A stretch of DNA of 64,000 bases from Tubulanus polymorphus (lineage: Eukaryota; Animalia; Nemertea), in the NCBI RefSeq assembly GCF_964204645.1, contig NC_134031.1, positions 15,735,807-15,799,806 on the forward strand. Reading direction: 5' to 3'. The notes under the pieces were generated by a model, which was not told the origin of the DNA, searched no databases, and worked only from the letters and a program-made list of their open reading frames with translations. The first letter of the stretch is position 1. Each line of letters starts with the position of its first letter. Position numbers and translations under genes: made by a program. Of the stretch, positions 27,401 to 38,693 are shown piece after piece.

Positions 27401-30162
27401 CACCGTGCACAGCGGGCGAGGCTAACACTGCTTCAGCGCGAAGCCCTTCTGGGGGGTCTGAGGCCCCCTCCAAGACAATTTTGAGATTCCAGCACCGATT
27501 TGAAGCCATTTCCTGCATTTTGAGATTTTGAGTCATGAAACTGTTTTGCGAGCAAAATTTTTTGGGGCACTTAAGAGAAATTTTGAGGGTCTTCCAGAAG
27601 ACATGTAAGACCCATAAGATCCGCGCCTGTGGAATCTACCCAGCGTAGTACCTCTATCAAGCATCATCGCTGTGGTCGTAAGTTGTATTGACAGGAACAG
27701 TTTTTCATGGTGTGAAGAGATCAAGTCCGCGTATCTTACTGCAGCAGTTGCATGGTATGTATATTGTTGCATAACATTATGATAATGAATGATTGCCTTA
27801 TCCCGCATTCCCTGCAGTTCGTACGACTGAGCCAAAGCACACTGCAAGCGGATAAAATCATTAAGATGCTTCAGTGGTGTTGGAACAGCAGCTACTGTGA
27901 AAGCTGCAGCAATAATTTACTGAATGACATTTTCTTTCTTTGAATACTAAGTTTTTGTCGAAATTGAAGTAAATTCGCCACGGCAACATATTAGAACCTG
28001 TTAAAAATCAGCAATTGGCCACAGCAATCAAAAACTGCTTCCAACACCCCTTTATTCCTCAAAATGCGATATGTGTATAACAAAATGCTCACGAGTACCG
28101 CGTTCATACCTTAACATCGAACTGATCATTTCTGGGAAGATTTTTCATTTCATTTTCATAAATATCTGCGAATATTTTCTCGGATTTCGCAGCATTTTCT
28201 AACATCAAAAAACACTTCCCCAACCTACAAAACAAACAAGGCTGGATTCAGAGGAGGGTTTTGGAGGTCTAGACCCCACCGCCTTCCCATTGCCTTTTTT
28301 GTGAACTAAGCCGTATGTCAACTCCACAAACAATATATTCTTCAGATATTTCGAAATAATCATCAATACCTGAAAATTTAATTCTCATCTTCTCGGAATA
28401 TTGCATCTTTTGAAATGTATTTTTGTAAAATTTCGAAACGAGAAGGCTCTCTTAGACTTCCCTGCTAATTACCACTGCCGCTCTGGTAGGAACTTAAGTG
28501 GTACTTCTGATCCACCCTCTGCATTGACTCTTACATATCGATGGTTTTCAACAAAATGAAATACACGCGGAGTGCCTTCTTACTTTATTCGATGAAATAC
28601 ACTGCACGATTTCAGCTTTTTGAGCATTTTTGCATATTTCACAGCGACATCAGGACGTTTCACCGTTAGGAAGATATCAACTGGAAGGAAATTTGAATAA
28701 AATGAAAGTATGAGAACTCAACTTCACGCATTAAAACTATGATAGACTGTATTGGGATTCTTACCCATTCGTTCAAGAGCTTGAACATTAGTGGGATCTG
28801 ACTGGATAACAGTCTGGTATAGCGTGACAGCAGATTTCGTGTTTCCAGACTTCAATTCTGTGGCAGCTTTTTCACAAATTCTCTTCACCCTAGGAATTAA
28901 TGAATGTTCTTCTTAGACACCTGCCCACCCAACAGAATAATGAATCAACCAATGAATGATTTTTTATTCATTTCTCTGCACGATAAATGCTAATAGGATT
29001 AAATACCTGGCGCAATCAAATGATTTACTGTTAGATTGTTGTGGTCCGGATACTTTTTCATTGATGATGATATACAAATCTTCTCTATTTTTCAGCAGAG
29101 ACGTAATCTCTCTGTCTAAATCTAGATAGACTCTAAAATATACATTTCAGTATCCAATTTGATGAGCGAAAAATAGCCGTATTGACAACTTCGGTCATGA
29201 AAAAGAAGCATGATTTTCCATTCATACCCTTTAGAATTCTTCAGTTGAATATCGTTTACTTGAGTTGAACGAAGATGTTCAGCACCGGAATTCATGTACA
29301 ACTGAAAACAATATTGAAATTTATTAACAAAAACTTGTCGTGTTGTAAAAGCTGACTATGAGACGAAATTGGCCAACCTTGATAAGATCTCTAAGACTCC
29401 CTTTGTCACTTTTATGCCATTCGATAATACTTGTAGATGATTCACCATCTCCAGGCACATAATGCAAATAAAACTTCAATTTACTGCAACAACAAGTAAT
29501 CGTTCAAGTTTTGAAGACCAGGGGGGGGGCAGTTGCTCAAGAGTTGGTTAAAGATAACTGGAGGATAAATACCGTGTAACAATGAACTTTTAATTGTCAC
29601 TAGGTCAACTATCTACTTGTTAGCCCTAACCTACTTTTGAGGAACTGACCGCCTGTACTTTTGGTCATAAAACATCATTAGTTAGTAATGGGCGATAGGA
29701 ACGTACCTCTCGAGACCTTTCGTTTTCTCCGAAGGTGGTTTAACATTAGTGGATTCTTTCAGTTTCAGGAAGATGTCTTCTCGATTTTTCAAGTTGGATG
29801 AAACATCTAAATCCAGATCCAGCAATGTCCTGAAAGCAATTTCATACGATTAGATAGAAATTTCTTAATGAATCGTGGTTGAAAATACAGACAACGGTTC
29901 CACCAATTTTACCCCTTAGAATTAAATACTTGTATATCTCGAAATGCAGTCAGTAATTCTTTTTTCACTTTATCCGTAGTTGTAGAACTTATGAATTGCT
30001 GAAAGTAAACAGAGTCAACAGCTTTATGGAAAAAGAATTATAGACAGGGATTTAATAAAAGGCGAAACTAACCGTTATAACATCACTCAGAGTGCCTTTT
30101 TTACTTCTGTCCCATTCAAAAACCTGAGTACAAGCCTCATAGTGCACATAAAACTTCAGCAT
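24468..30162 (-). CDS. Uncharacterised protein: two tandem N-terminal (possibly ubiquitin-like) modules + TPR-like helices + SGNH/GDSL hydrolase-like domain, 20 exons, about 787 aa
   Basis: Exons 30162-30073, 29998-29913, 29829-29707, 29483-29378, 29301-29228, 29132-29007, 28889-28765, 28680-28584, 28224-28110, 27841-27652, 27235-27166, 26635-26574, 26479-26388, 26304-26148, 25777-25628, 25492-25296, 25210-25010, 24926-24805, 24731-24610, 24526-24468. All are phase-compatible (sum 2364 nt). TPR-like segments: AVTLYQTVIQSDPTNVQALERMG, ALAQSYELQGMRDKAIIHY, AEKILFKAVQCDPND. SGNH-like blocks: FLYFLSDSH, VVVNFGEIDCRE, DDTHLHP. Confidence 0.85.
25487..25588. repeat. 3 x 34-bp tandem repeat overlapping a splice acceptor
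   Basis: Units GGTGTTCTGTAAATGGATATCGAAGATAAAGAAA start at 25487, 25521 and 25555. Confidence 0.85.
25835..25976. mobile_element. MITE family A copy
   Basis: High identity to 12560-12702 and 56971-57114. Confidence 0.8.
27321..27629. mobile_element. MITE with TIR CAGGGGCGGATCT/AGATCCGCGCCTG and 5-bp TSD TGGAA
   Basis: TGGAA occurs at 27316-27320 and 27630-27634, directly flanking the inverted termini. Confidence 0.7.
29521..29651. mobile_element. About 125-bp MITE (family B; GGGCCAGTTGCTCAAAAGTTGG..TTTGAGCAACTGGCCC)
   Basis: Homologous copies at about 58208-58333 and 63410-63533. Confidence 0.6.
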
Positions 30163-30220
30163 CTTCTGTGTATAGAGAATCAAATGTTTACAGTTTGCCA
30201 AGTGAGTGAAAGGTGGAAAC

Positions 30221-30272
30221 ATGATGATGATGATGATGATGATGATGACGATGATGATGATGACGATGATAA
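30221..30272. repeat. (ATG)n microsatellite
   Basis: Directly visible. It explains the spurious poly-M and poly-I ORFs. Confidence 0.95.
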
Positions 30273-31101
30273 TGAGTGATGCCAAACACTTAAGGTTTTC
30301 TCATCCTTTTCCATTCTTTATAGTGTATAGTGGACTAGTTGCAGAAGGGGCAGTCTTATTTTATGAAGCTGATATCAAATTCATATGTCATAAGCACATG
30401 CCCACCAACGGTGACATAATAGTCATGGCTCATATTGCATATTAGAGGGCAAGTATGGTCGGGGACTAGAGGGAGTCGAGGTACCGTATGGGGAATAAAG
30501 ACAAATTTAACATTAAATTAGGAAGTAGGCTAAATTTTAGTTAGTAACCTAATCGTTGGTGTAAGCTTTTTATAATCGGATGGGCTTATACCAACGAACA
30601 AAAGGTATAAGACTATGTGGTTTGTGAAAATATCCGATCGTGAAACTAAACCACAGTCAGGTTGGGTTACTGACTTGACTAGCTAAGCCTAAAGAGCAAG
30701 AGGGTTGTATTAAAAACATCGTTTAGGGATATATGATTTTTGTCAGTTGTAGGTAAGTATCTAATCTGGTAATTTTGAATAAACTTGAACGTCAGGATCA
30801 AGTTTCATGTCGTATACATAATGAGTTTGCGTTGTAAGGCTCGCTAATCACGGCCGATCAATTTTTGTTGAGTTCATATTCGTGGTACGTCCGCCATGTT
30901 GAAGTCATGTGACTTTAAACGTATTGCCTAAAATCCGGATTAGACCGTTACAAGTTGAGCATAAAACGCGGACCTGGGTAAAACAGATTTGTCATGCCCG
31001 GACACGGCGGGCTCTCGAAGAGATTGAACGAGGTAATATACTGTGTCTGGTTCTCTGCTGTCAGGCCGTGCCACCGAACAAATCATCTGGGCTGCATCAA
31101 C

Positions 31102-31216
31102 AGGGACTTGACACAAAAGGATTTTAACCCCAGTATCCTAGGTACTATATATAAAAAGACTTTTTATGTACAGTAAGTACCAAGGTTCTGGGGTCAAAAT
31201 CCGTGTCCTAGTCCCT
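31102..31216. mobile_element. Short palindromic MITE
   Basis: AGGGACTTGACAC..GGATTTTAACCCCAG is inverted with CTGGGGTCAAAATCC..GTGTCCTAGTCCCT. Confidence 0.6.
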
Positions 31217-32534
31217 GTGGCTGCAACCAGCTATTTTGAAAAATCCGTCGTTAGGTGTATCTCGATCTTGTGACCTCTCGATCTTGAAGACTAGAGAAAA
31301 TCGACACAAGACCAAAGAAAAGTGCAATAAAACACCGAATAGTTTCTTTTTTCTCAGATAATTTTTAATAGTCTTTAATCACCAACTCTAAAGATCACGT
31401 CAGTAAATTGATGTCAGTATTTATAAAACAGTGTGAACGCGATTGTTAAACGCTTAGTCGTCATATTAGTCAGTCAAGGTGAAATATGCTGATTTAAATC
31501 TATATGTTTATATTAATTCTATGGTTTAGACATATCGAGCTTAAAACTATATGTGTTTTCAATAAAAAACTCAGTGTTTTCTATTACCCGTAAACATTTC
31601 ACATTTACAACAACACACTGCTATTTTCTTTTATGTACATCAATAGTAACGCGATAACAAAATATATTCTGAATTAATCTTCTTAAAATACATCTAGCAT
31701 TTACTTTCATTCAACAAAATTAAAACCCACTATATAAACTATATGCAATGGGATACCCGCAGTGCTACTGTGGCAATCCAGGATTCCACGTATGACAGGC
31801 GAGGATCCGCCAGGTTCGCTAGTAGATAGTTGGTCGTCCGTATTCGATTTCTCCTTACGTTTTGATTAAATCTGAATGAACCCCTTAAATGAATCAATCA
31901 TTTATGAAAAATATGCCGATATCCGAGTAGAAGAATGAAAGTTGTGTATATTTGGTGAGTGCTGTGATAAGATTCAGGAGTATGATAGATTCAGTTCAAA
32001 GTTTTGACAATGGACGACCTACTGCTCGTCACGCTACCGGCTGGGATAGCTGGTTATGCGGGTTCCCTATTTCAAAGATTAAAAGCGAATCATTGCCTAA
32101 CGAAATTTATTTTATCAGTCTATCAAAACGGAGTCGATTTTAACGAATCTCTTTTTAATATTTTGAATTTATTGAAATACATCTAGTGGGTTTTAATCCT
32201 TATCTATTCTCAACGTCTGCGTGAAATTGGCTTTTTCATTCACTTTTAATCTCACGCCATTTTAGCGCCGCGTTATCAGACTAGAATTGCGGAACCTTTT
32301 TGTAGCGGATTCTCGTTCTCGGATTATATCTATTTTAATACTTGGTACCAAAAACCGCGGTTTAAGTTTGTTATTCTTATTTATTGTAATTTTTTGCGTT
32401 CATTTCTGGCTGGTAATAATCGTATAGTTTGTCGTGGCAGAAATCAGGATCTTCGCAGCGAGCGAAGTTTTTTCGTAATAGCGCTATAAAAAAACCCTTT
32501 GTCATCATCATTCCTTCAATCATGTTCTTCAATT

Positions 32535-34958
32535 TCATTTTATGAATATTTCGGGTGATTTTGATTCCACCAGTTCCGGTTGACGTTCAAAAGCTTTCCG
32601 TTTTCGCCTAGCCCGAAATTCAGGTGACATTGATTCCACTAATTCTGGTTGGAGTTCGGGAGCATTCCGTCTCCGCCTGGTGCGAAATTCTGGTGACATT
32701 GATTCCACTAATTCTGGTTGGAGTTCAGGAGCATTTCGTCTTCGCCTGACCCGAAATTCTGGTGACATTGATTCCACTAATTCTGGTTGGAGTTCGGGAG
32801 CATTCCGTCTCCGCCTGGCGCGAAATTCTGGTGACATTGATTCCACTAATTCCGGTTGGAGTTCGGGAGCATTCCGTCTCCGCCTGGTGCGAAATTCTGG
32901 TGACATTGATTCCACTAATTCTGGTTGGAGTTCGGGAGCATTCCGTCTCCGCCTGGCGCGAAATTCTGGTGACATTAATTCCACTAATTCTGGTTGGAGT
33001 TCGGGAGCATTCCGTCTCCGCCTGGTGCGAAATTCTGGTGACATTGATTCCACTAATTCTGGTTGGAGTTCGGGAGCATTCCGTCTCCGCCTGGCGCGAA
33101 ATTCTGGTGACATTGATTCCACTAATTCCGGTTGGAGTTCGGGAGCATTCCTTCTGCGCCTGGCGCGAAATTCTGGTGACATTGATTCCACAAATTCTGG
33201 TTGGAGTTCGGGAGCATTCCGTCTCCGCCTAACCCGAAATTCTGGTGACATTAATTCCACTAATTCTGTTTGGAGTTCGGGAGCATTCCGTCTCCGCCTA
33301 ACCCGAAATTCTGGTGACATTGATTCCACTAATTCTGGTTGGAGTTCGGGAGCATCCCGTCTCCGCCTGGCGCGAAATTCTGTTGACATTGATTCCACTA
33401 ATTCTGGTTGGAGTTCGGGAGCATCCCGTCTCCGCCTGGCGCGAAATTCTGTTGACATTGATTCCACTAATTCTGGTTGGAGTTCAGGAGCATTCCGTCT
33501 CAGCCTGGCCCGAAATTCGGGTGACATTGATTCCACTAATTCCGGTTGGAGTTCAGGAGCATACCGTCTCCGCCTGACCCGAAATTCGGGTGACATTGAT
33601 TCCACTAATTCTGGTTGGAGTTCAGGAGCATTCCGTTTCAGCCTGGCCCGAAACTCACCTATCAATTCAGGCTCAATTACCGGTGCATTCCGAGCCACTC
33701 TCGAGCGGAACTCGGTCCTGATCTCGGGGGAGCTGTCTGTATCGACCAGTTCTGTCGAGCTATGACGTTTTCTCCTGTGCAATTCAGGCGATTTTTCCGA
33801 TGGATCGGAATATGTAAATTCGGGTTCTAATTCAGGCGTATCGCGGCGCCTTCGTCTCGTTTGGTGATAGAGTTCCGGAGAATAGATTATTTCCGGTTGT
33901 TGTCCACTTACAAATCGTATTTTTCTAGCAAATTCTGGTAGATATTCTGTATACAAACTACGTCTATCCCTCCGCGATCCTTTTGATTCAACGGCTTGCA
34001 GTTCAGCGATATTTTCTTCGCGTTTATCGACTGACTTGAGTTTTCCAACAGATCCATTTAGGTTTTTCTTCAACTTTCTGAGCTTAGCCACAAACTCTTG
34101 CGTCTTTCTGGACGCGGGATTAAGAACGGTGAGGTTAGTCCCCGATCGCGCGTGTCTCATTCGATTTCTCCCGATCTTCGTCACAAATTTCTTCACACCT
34201 GAAATCGATGCTTCGTGTACATTCTTTTGATTTGTCAACATCGTCTGGCCGCTCGTCTGGCTGTTTGTCTGGATGACGAAATCTAAACGTTTTCGCGATT
34301 GCAACCGATTTCTACCGAGCAGCTCTGGCAACAAATGACGACGGTGACCGCCAGTCATTTTGCTACTCTTCGAGTCGTATTTCTCTTTCGTTTCGCCATT
34401 AACTGCAAGTGACAAAAAAACCTCAAACTTAGTATTCTAAATGGCCACACCCGGTTTTTGACGTGTTAATGATGAGATTGTAAGCAGAGCACTCAGTATA
34501 CCAGCTAAGCCTGACTGGTCCCCGCCGCTTAATTCAAAGCAGAAACCCTCTAACAACTGAATCAATCGCCATATACTCAAAGGAGTAGTGATCGGCGCAT
34601 GGGATTGGATTAGAATCCAGGTTCCAAGTTCAATATCCAAGGGTATCTAGGTTTACAGCATTATGGACATCCCATTTTGTCAAATTTTCTTACGGAATTT
34701 GTTTTACCCGAAATGACAGTTGGCGGTGTTGTTGAATCTAAATTGTTGTTGATCAAAATTAAGAAAACATTTTTGTCTAAATTTTAAATGACGTAGCAGA
34801 ATACATAAAACAATTACGCATGTTGTTTCATGTTTCATGTTGAGTGTTCTATCCATATAACGGAAATCGAAATTTTGTTCGTACTTACCACATGTAAGAA
34901 TCAACAACACCAATGCAGAGACGCTGAATATCCAAGACTTCAATCCCGTATTAACCAT
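32535..34958 (-). CDS. Secreted multi-copy peptide precursor (prepro-polyprotein) with 15-16 tandem 23-aa repeats, about 645 aa
   Basis: Exon 1 is 34958-34889 (MVNTGLKSWIFSVSALVLLILTC, donor G|GTAAGT). It splices in phase 1 to exon 2, 34402-32535 (acceptor TTGCAG), giving a signal peptide ending ..LTCVNG|ETK. Many KR/RR/RxRR sites. Repeat unit NAPELQPELVESMSPEF-R[AVT]RRRR. Confidence 0.88.
32560..33650 (-). repeat. Coding tandem repeat, 69-bp unit x about 15-16
   Basis: Plus-strand unit GAAATTCTGGTGACATTGATTCCACTAATTCTGGTTGGAGTTCGGGAGCATTCCGTCTCCGCCTGGCGC, with no frameshifts across the array. Confidence 0.97.
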
Positions 34959-37818
34959 TTTTCAGACTTTGTGATTCGTCTTGTCAGCTGTAAAATACAC
35001 AAATGAATCGTGAACACGAGTCAGTTCTCGTTTTATATAGAATGTCGGAGATTTTTTCCTTTCGTCCGCTTCGTTTTGCATCGCGTATTTTTTGTACCAA
35101 AGTCGACCGACAGCGCGTTGTCCGGACCGCCTCCATCAGTTTGGAAGTTCACATAAAAAATTTCAGTTATTATGATAATAAACATATGGATAGATAGACT
35201 AATTAGGCGACTAGTCAAAACAAAAGGCAGTCTGTATAAATGATCTAGTGTTAATAACAAATACTGTCTAACATCATATGGTTCTTACTAGAAAAGAAGA
35301 TCGGATTTGAAAATGTTTAAATTCTCCTGTGTATGAGATTATTCTTATGCAAGCAGTTTAAAAACTTGTCTTTCGTGTTTCGTGTCGTAGAAATATTGCC
35401 AAAACAAATAGTCAACAAACATCATAAATAAATCACGAGGAAATAATGGTTACGTAAAATTGGAAGTTAGTCAAGAATGAAATGAATTTCTGATACGGAA
35501 TGTCATCCACTTTATGGGACGAAATAAAATTGATCTATCTAGGATTTTTGCGTTTACGTTAAATGGTCAAACCTTTAGAAAGGCAAGCGACAAGGAGAAA
35601 TTGAAATGCCATCGTTTTCGAAAGTATCAAATCTTTTAAAAAGTTTAAAGACATTTCTTTATAAATGAATAATGATTAACGTAATGTTCTTACCTTATAT
35701 TTTAGTTTTAAAATCCCGTTTTTTTCTTGAACACTCCCTAAAGGCTTAGTCGATTAAACTTATATGAACAAAATTGTTCTCAATAATTGTGCGATGGTAT
35801 CTGCCGATTTGCCGGGGGTGGTGTGATGCGTGGGAGTGTTTCGTGAGCAATGGGTCATGATTTATCCGTCTGATTTGACTAACACATTCCTCATCGGGTT
35901 GAACTAAACTTTTGAATTACCTGAAAGCCATTCCTAGAAAACGAGTTTTCATTCTCAAAAGAGGAAGAGGCCTTCATCCATCAACTGAACAATGGTACAA
36001 AACCGATTCATCGCAAATACAATCAAAATCTTTCCAGACAGTTTTCGAAACTTTAATGTGTACAACAACTCATAGCCCATTTGCCTACTGACCACAAAGG
36101 ACCAAAGGCGACCTGGATATTTTTGGGAATAGGAAATTTATTTGAATGATAATTTACATATAAAAGGATGATTGAGTGTATTTCTAGAAGTGTCGGCTTC
36201 GAAGCAAACAGAATTTCACGATAATGCCCCACTTCAGAAAGCTGATAGAAGGTTCCCGCGTCTCCGCGCACGTGCACTCGCTCTCGTCTGCACTTTCGTG
36301 ACCTTTGCGTTCTCTCCGCGATATCGTTACATCATAATGTTCCACGAATGTTGCTCTAGATAGGCTACTGACGACGTGAAGATTAATGATCGCACGATGC
36401 CCCATTGGCGATCTAAACATCTTAAATGAATCAATGGAATGCATTTCTCATAAATTACATATCATTCGATGCTGACATCTCCTCCTTAACATATTTCTCG
36501 TTACAAAACACGACTAGAGGTATTTCGGGTTGCACTGGGGCCCTAGTAATATATTCCATCTTTCCAAAACTTTTCCGAAATATTTCATAAGGCGGGTGTG
36601 AGACGTGCTCGGATTAGTGTGGTAAAACTTCGCGTTTGTAAATAATCGAATCCGGATTGTTCTCTCGCTTCTGTTATGGCATTCTTTTTACTTATGAGGT
36701 GCCAAAGATATTCTGGAATCTGACAAGCAAAACCGACGAGAACAAACTAAAACAACATTCCAAACTATCCGTCAATTAATTTGATCTATCGGCAGCAAGT
36801 AAAACATTTTTGGAGAATTTTCCAGTAGGAATTTTTCCGATGATAATACAATAATATTTACGATCAATTCAAGGATAGAATAGCGCACCTCCCCAAACCC
36901 TGCGTCATCAGTTGAAAATGAAACTGTAACAAAAATTCTAGAACCTTTTCTAGGGTTGTTTGCAAAAGATTTTTAATTGTAATCTGGTCTAAAACTGACA
37001 CTATGCTATGCCGTTTTTCATGGATGGAAGAATGTAACCTACATGATAATATTCTACATTTTGCTTCTAATTCCCGCTCATGTGAATGGTTCTTAACCCT
37101 GGAAACAGTTAAGACCCAAAAAATTTAACAAAACCCAGACCGCTCTCGACATGTCTCCCCTAAATCAAGTGTCCTTGTTGCTCCCTGCTCACGGTTAGAC
37201 ATTTCATTCATTATTTGCAGGACAGGTATAACTAATCATCGAGGATCCTGCGTTTGATCATACGTAGTAGAAGCGTCTCAGGGGCGTAGTGATTAAACTA
37301 CTGTTTAAGAAATTATTCATCATTGATAAGAATTCTAATAATTAAACTCTGACTGTGATAAAGTTTGAAACACTTCATAGCTAGCAACCAAAATTGCCAA
37401 TAACAGCTTTCAACAATTTCAAACTTTCAACAATGTACTCTATTTGGATACGTGTATTATCTGACGGTTGAAGAATTATTCTCAACTCATCGAAGTTTAA
37501 CAGTTCAAGGGCGATGAACAAATGGAATTTTTTCGAAGTCGTCAGCGTATTTTAAATTCAATGCACCGTATGGTTGATTGAAAAGTTAGAATTCATTTTT
37601 ACTAGTAGGATAAATTAGGAACGAGGAAAGAAACATGGAGAGTTAATAATCTAATTTGGTAGAGAAATATTCCTTAATTGATTCAATTAATTAAATGGAA
37701 GACAGTGTACGGTACTGATGATCGATTTTTCTAAACGACCGTCTTGCCACCGGCTGAGCGCGATTGTCAGAGATGAACAGTTTTAAGATCTGATATACAG
37801 CAATATTTTTGTGGCCGC

Positions 37819-38693
37819 TCAAGACGATTTCTTTTCGAAAATCAAATTCTGCAATTCTTTTCTGATTTCTTTGCCCGTCATCAGATACAGGTAGAGATTA
37901 AACGAATAGTTTATCAACAAAATATCGGCGAGGGCGGCGAAAATGTTTGCTGATTGTGGATTTGTTCCGACGAAAGCGTTTATTAAAGCAGCAGGGAATG
38001 TTGTAACCATGAAGAAGATACACAGTAGCAGAACCAACCTGGTTACCTGGTTTGAGTATCTCGATGCTCGGGTTGTTTCCGATTTAACTTTTTTTCTGAA
38101 TAAAGCGATAGAAGTTATTGCGGACATGATAGTTAACGCAATAAACGGGGCTATGCAGATGATGATAGACGACAGCAAAGGCTGGCTAAATGCGGGCCCA
38201 TTTCTAATACAACCGTTGTCACTAACGTCGATAGTTACGAATAAAAAACTATGAATCAGCGCTAGGAAGCAGATAACGGAGAAGCAGAGTTTAGAAGCGG
38301 TAGTCGGGTTCCAGAAACGAGGACCTCTAAACGGAAAACAAACGACACACATTCGCTCGGTAGCTACGAGAACTAGCGTCCATGGACTGCTCGAAAGGCC
38401 AACTGTTACATAATACTCAAAAAACATACATTGAATTCGTGTTGACGGTTTGATCAGTAATTTCCTCCCATAAAATGCATAAGATATAAAGTTGATGTAT
38501 CTCATCGTATAATTGAGGAGAACCGAAGTGTCGCAGACGGCTAGTTGAACGAACATACGACTGAAAGAACGTCGCCATAGTTTACGTTGCCGCATCACTA
38601 CTACGATCAGCAGATTACCGATGAATCCTAGAATAAAACAAAGACTGACGATTGTGAGAAACAAGAAATTAACTTTAATAAATTATTTGACGC
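37819..38693 (-). CDS. Class A (rhodopsin-like) GPCR, FMRFamide/sex-peptide-receptor-like type; 5' end unresolved, possibly a pseudogene
   Basis: Seven hydrophobic segments with GFIGN (TM1), LAVCD (TM2), C..ATERMCVVCFPF (TM3), APF (TM5), FMVTTFP (TM6) and NYSFNLYLY (TM7). The ORF track start is TTG, not ATG. There is an acceptor TTTTTTCGCAG ending at 38694, but an in-frame TAA lies at 38685-38683. Confidence 0.8.

Noticed and set aside
32560-33650. Regular repeat array as a CRISPR
   Set aside because: The units are contiguous with no unique spacers, the array is coding, the context is eukaryotic, and there are no cas genes.
32680-33830. Long plus-strand ORFs (361, 156, 87 and 71 aa) antisense to the precursor
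   Set aside because: They arise because the 69-bp unit lacks stops in those frames. They have no signal peptide or splice support, and the minus frame extends beyond the repeat on both sides.
37819-38664. GPCR as an ortholog of GPR21/GPR52, which are nested in vertebrate RABGAP1/RABGAP1L
   Set aside because: It lies about 9 kb upstream of the RABGAP1 coding region rather than in a coding intron, and its motifs (ERM..FPF, NLYLY) fit the FMRFamide-receptor-like expansion.
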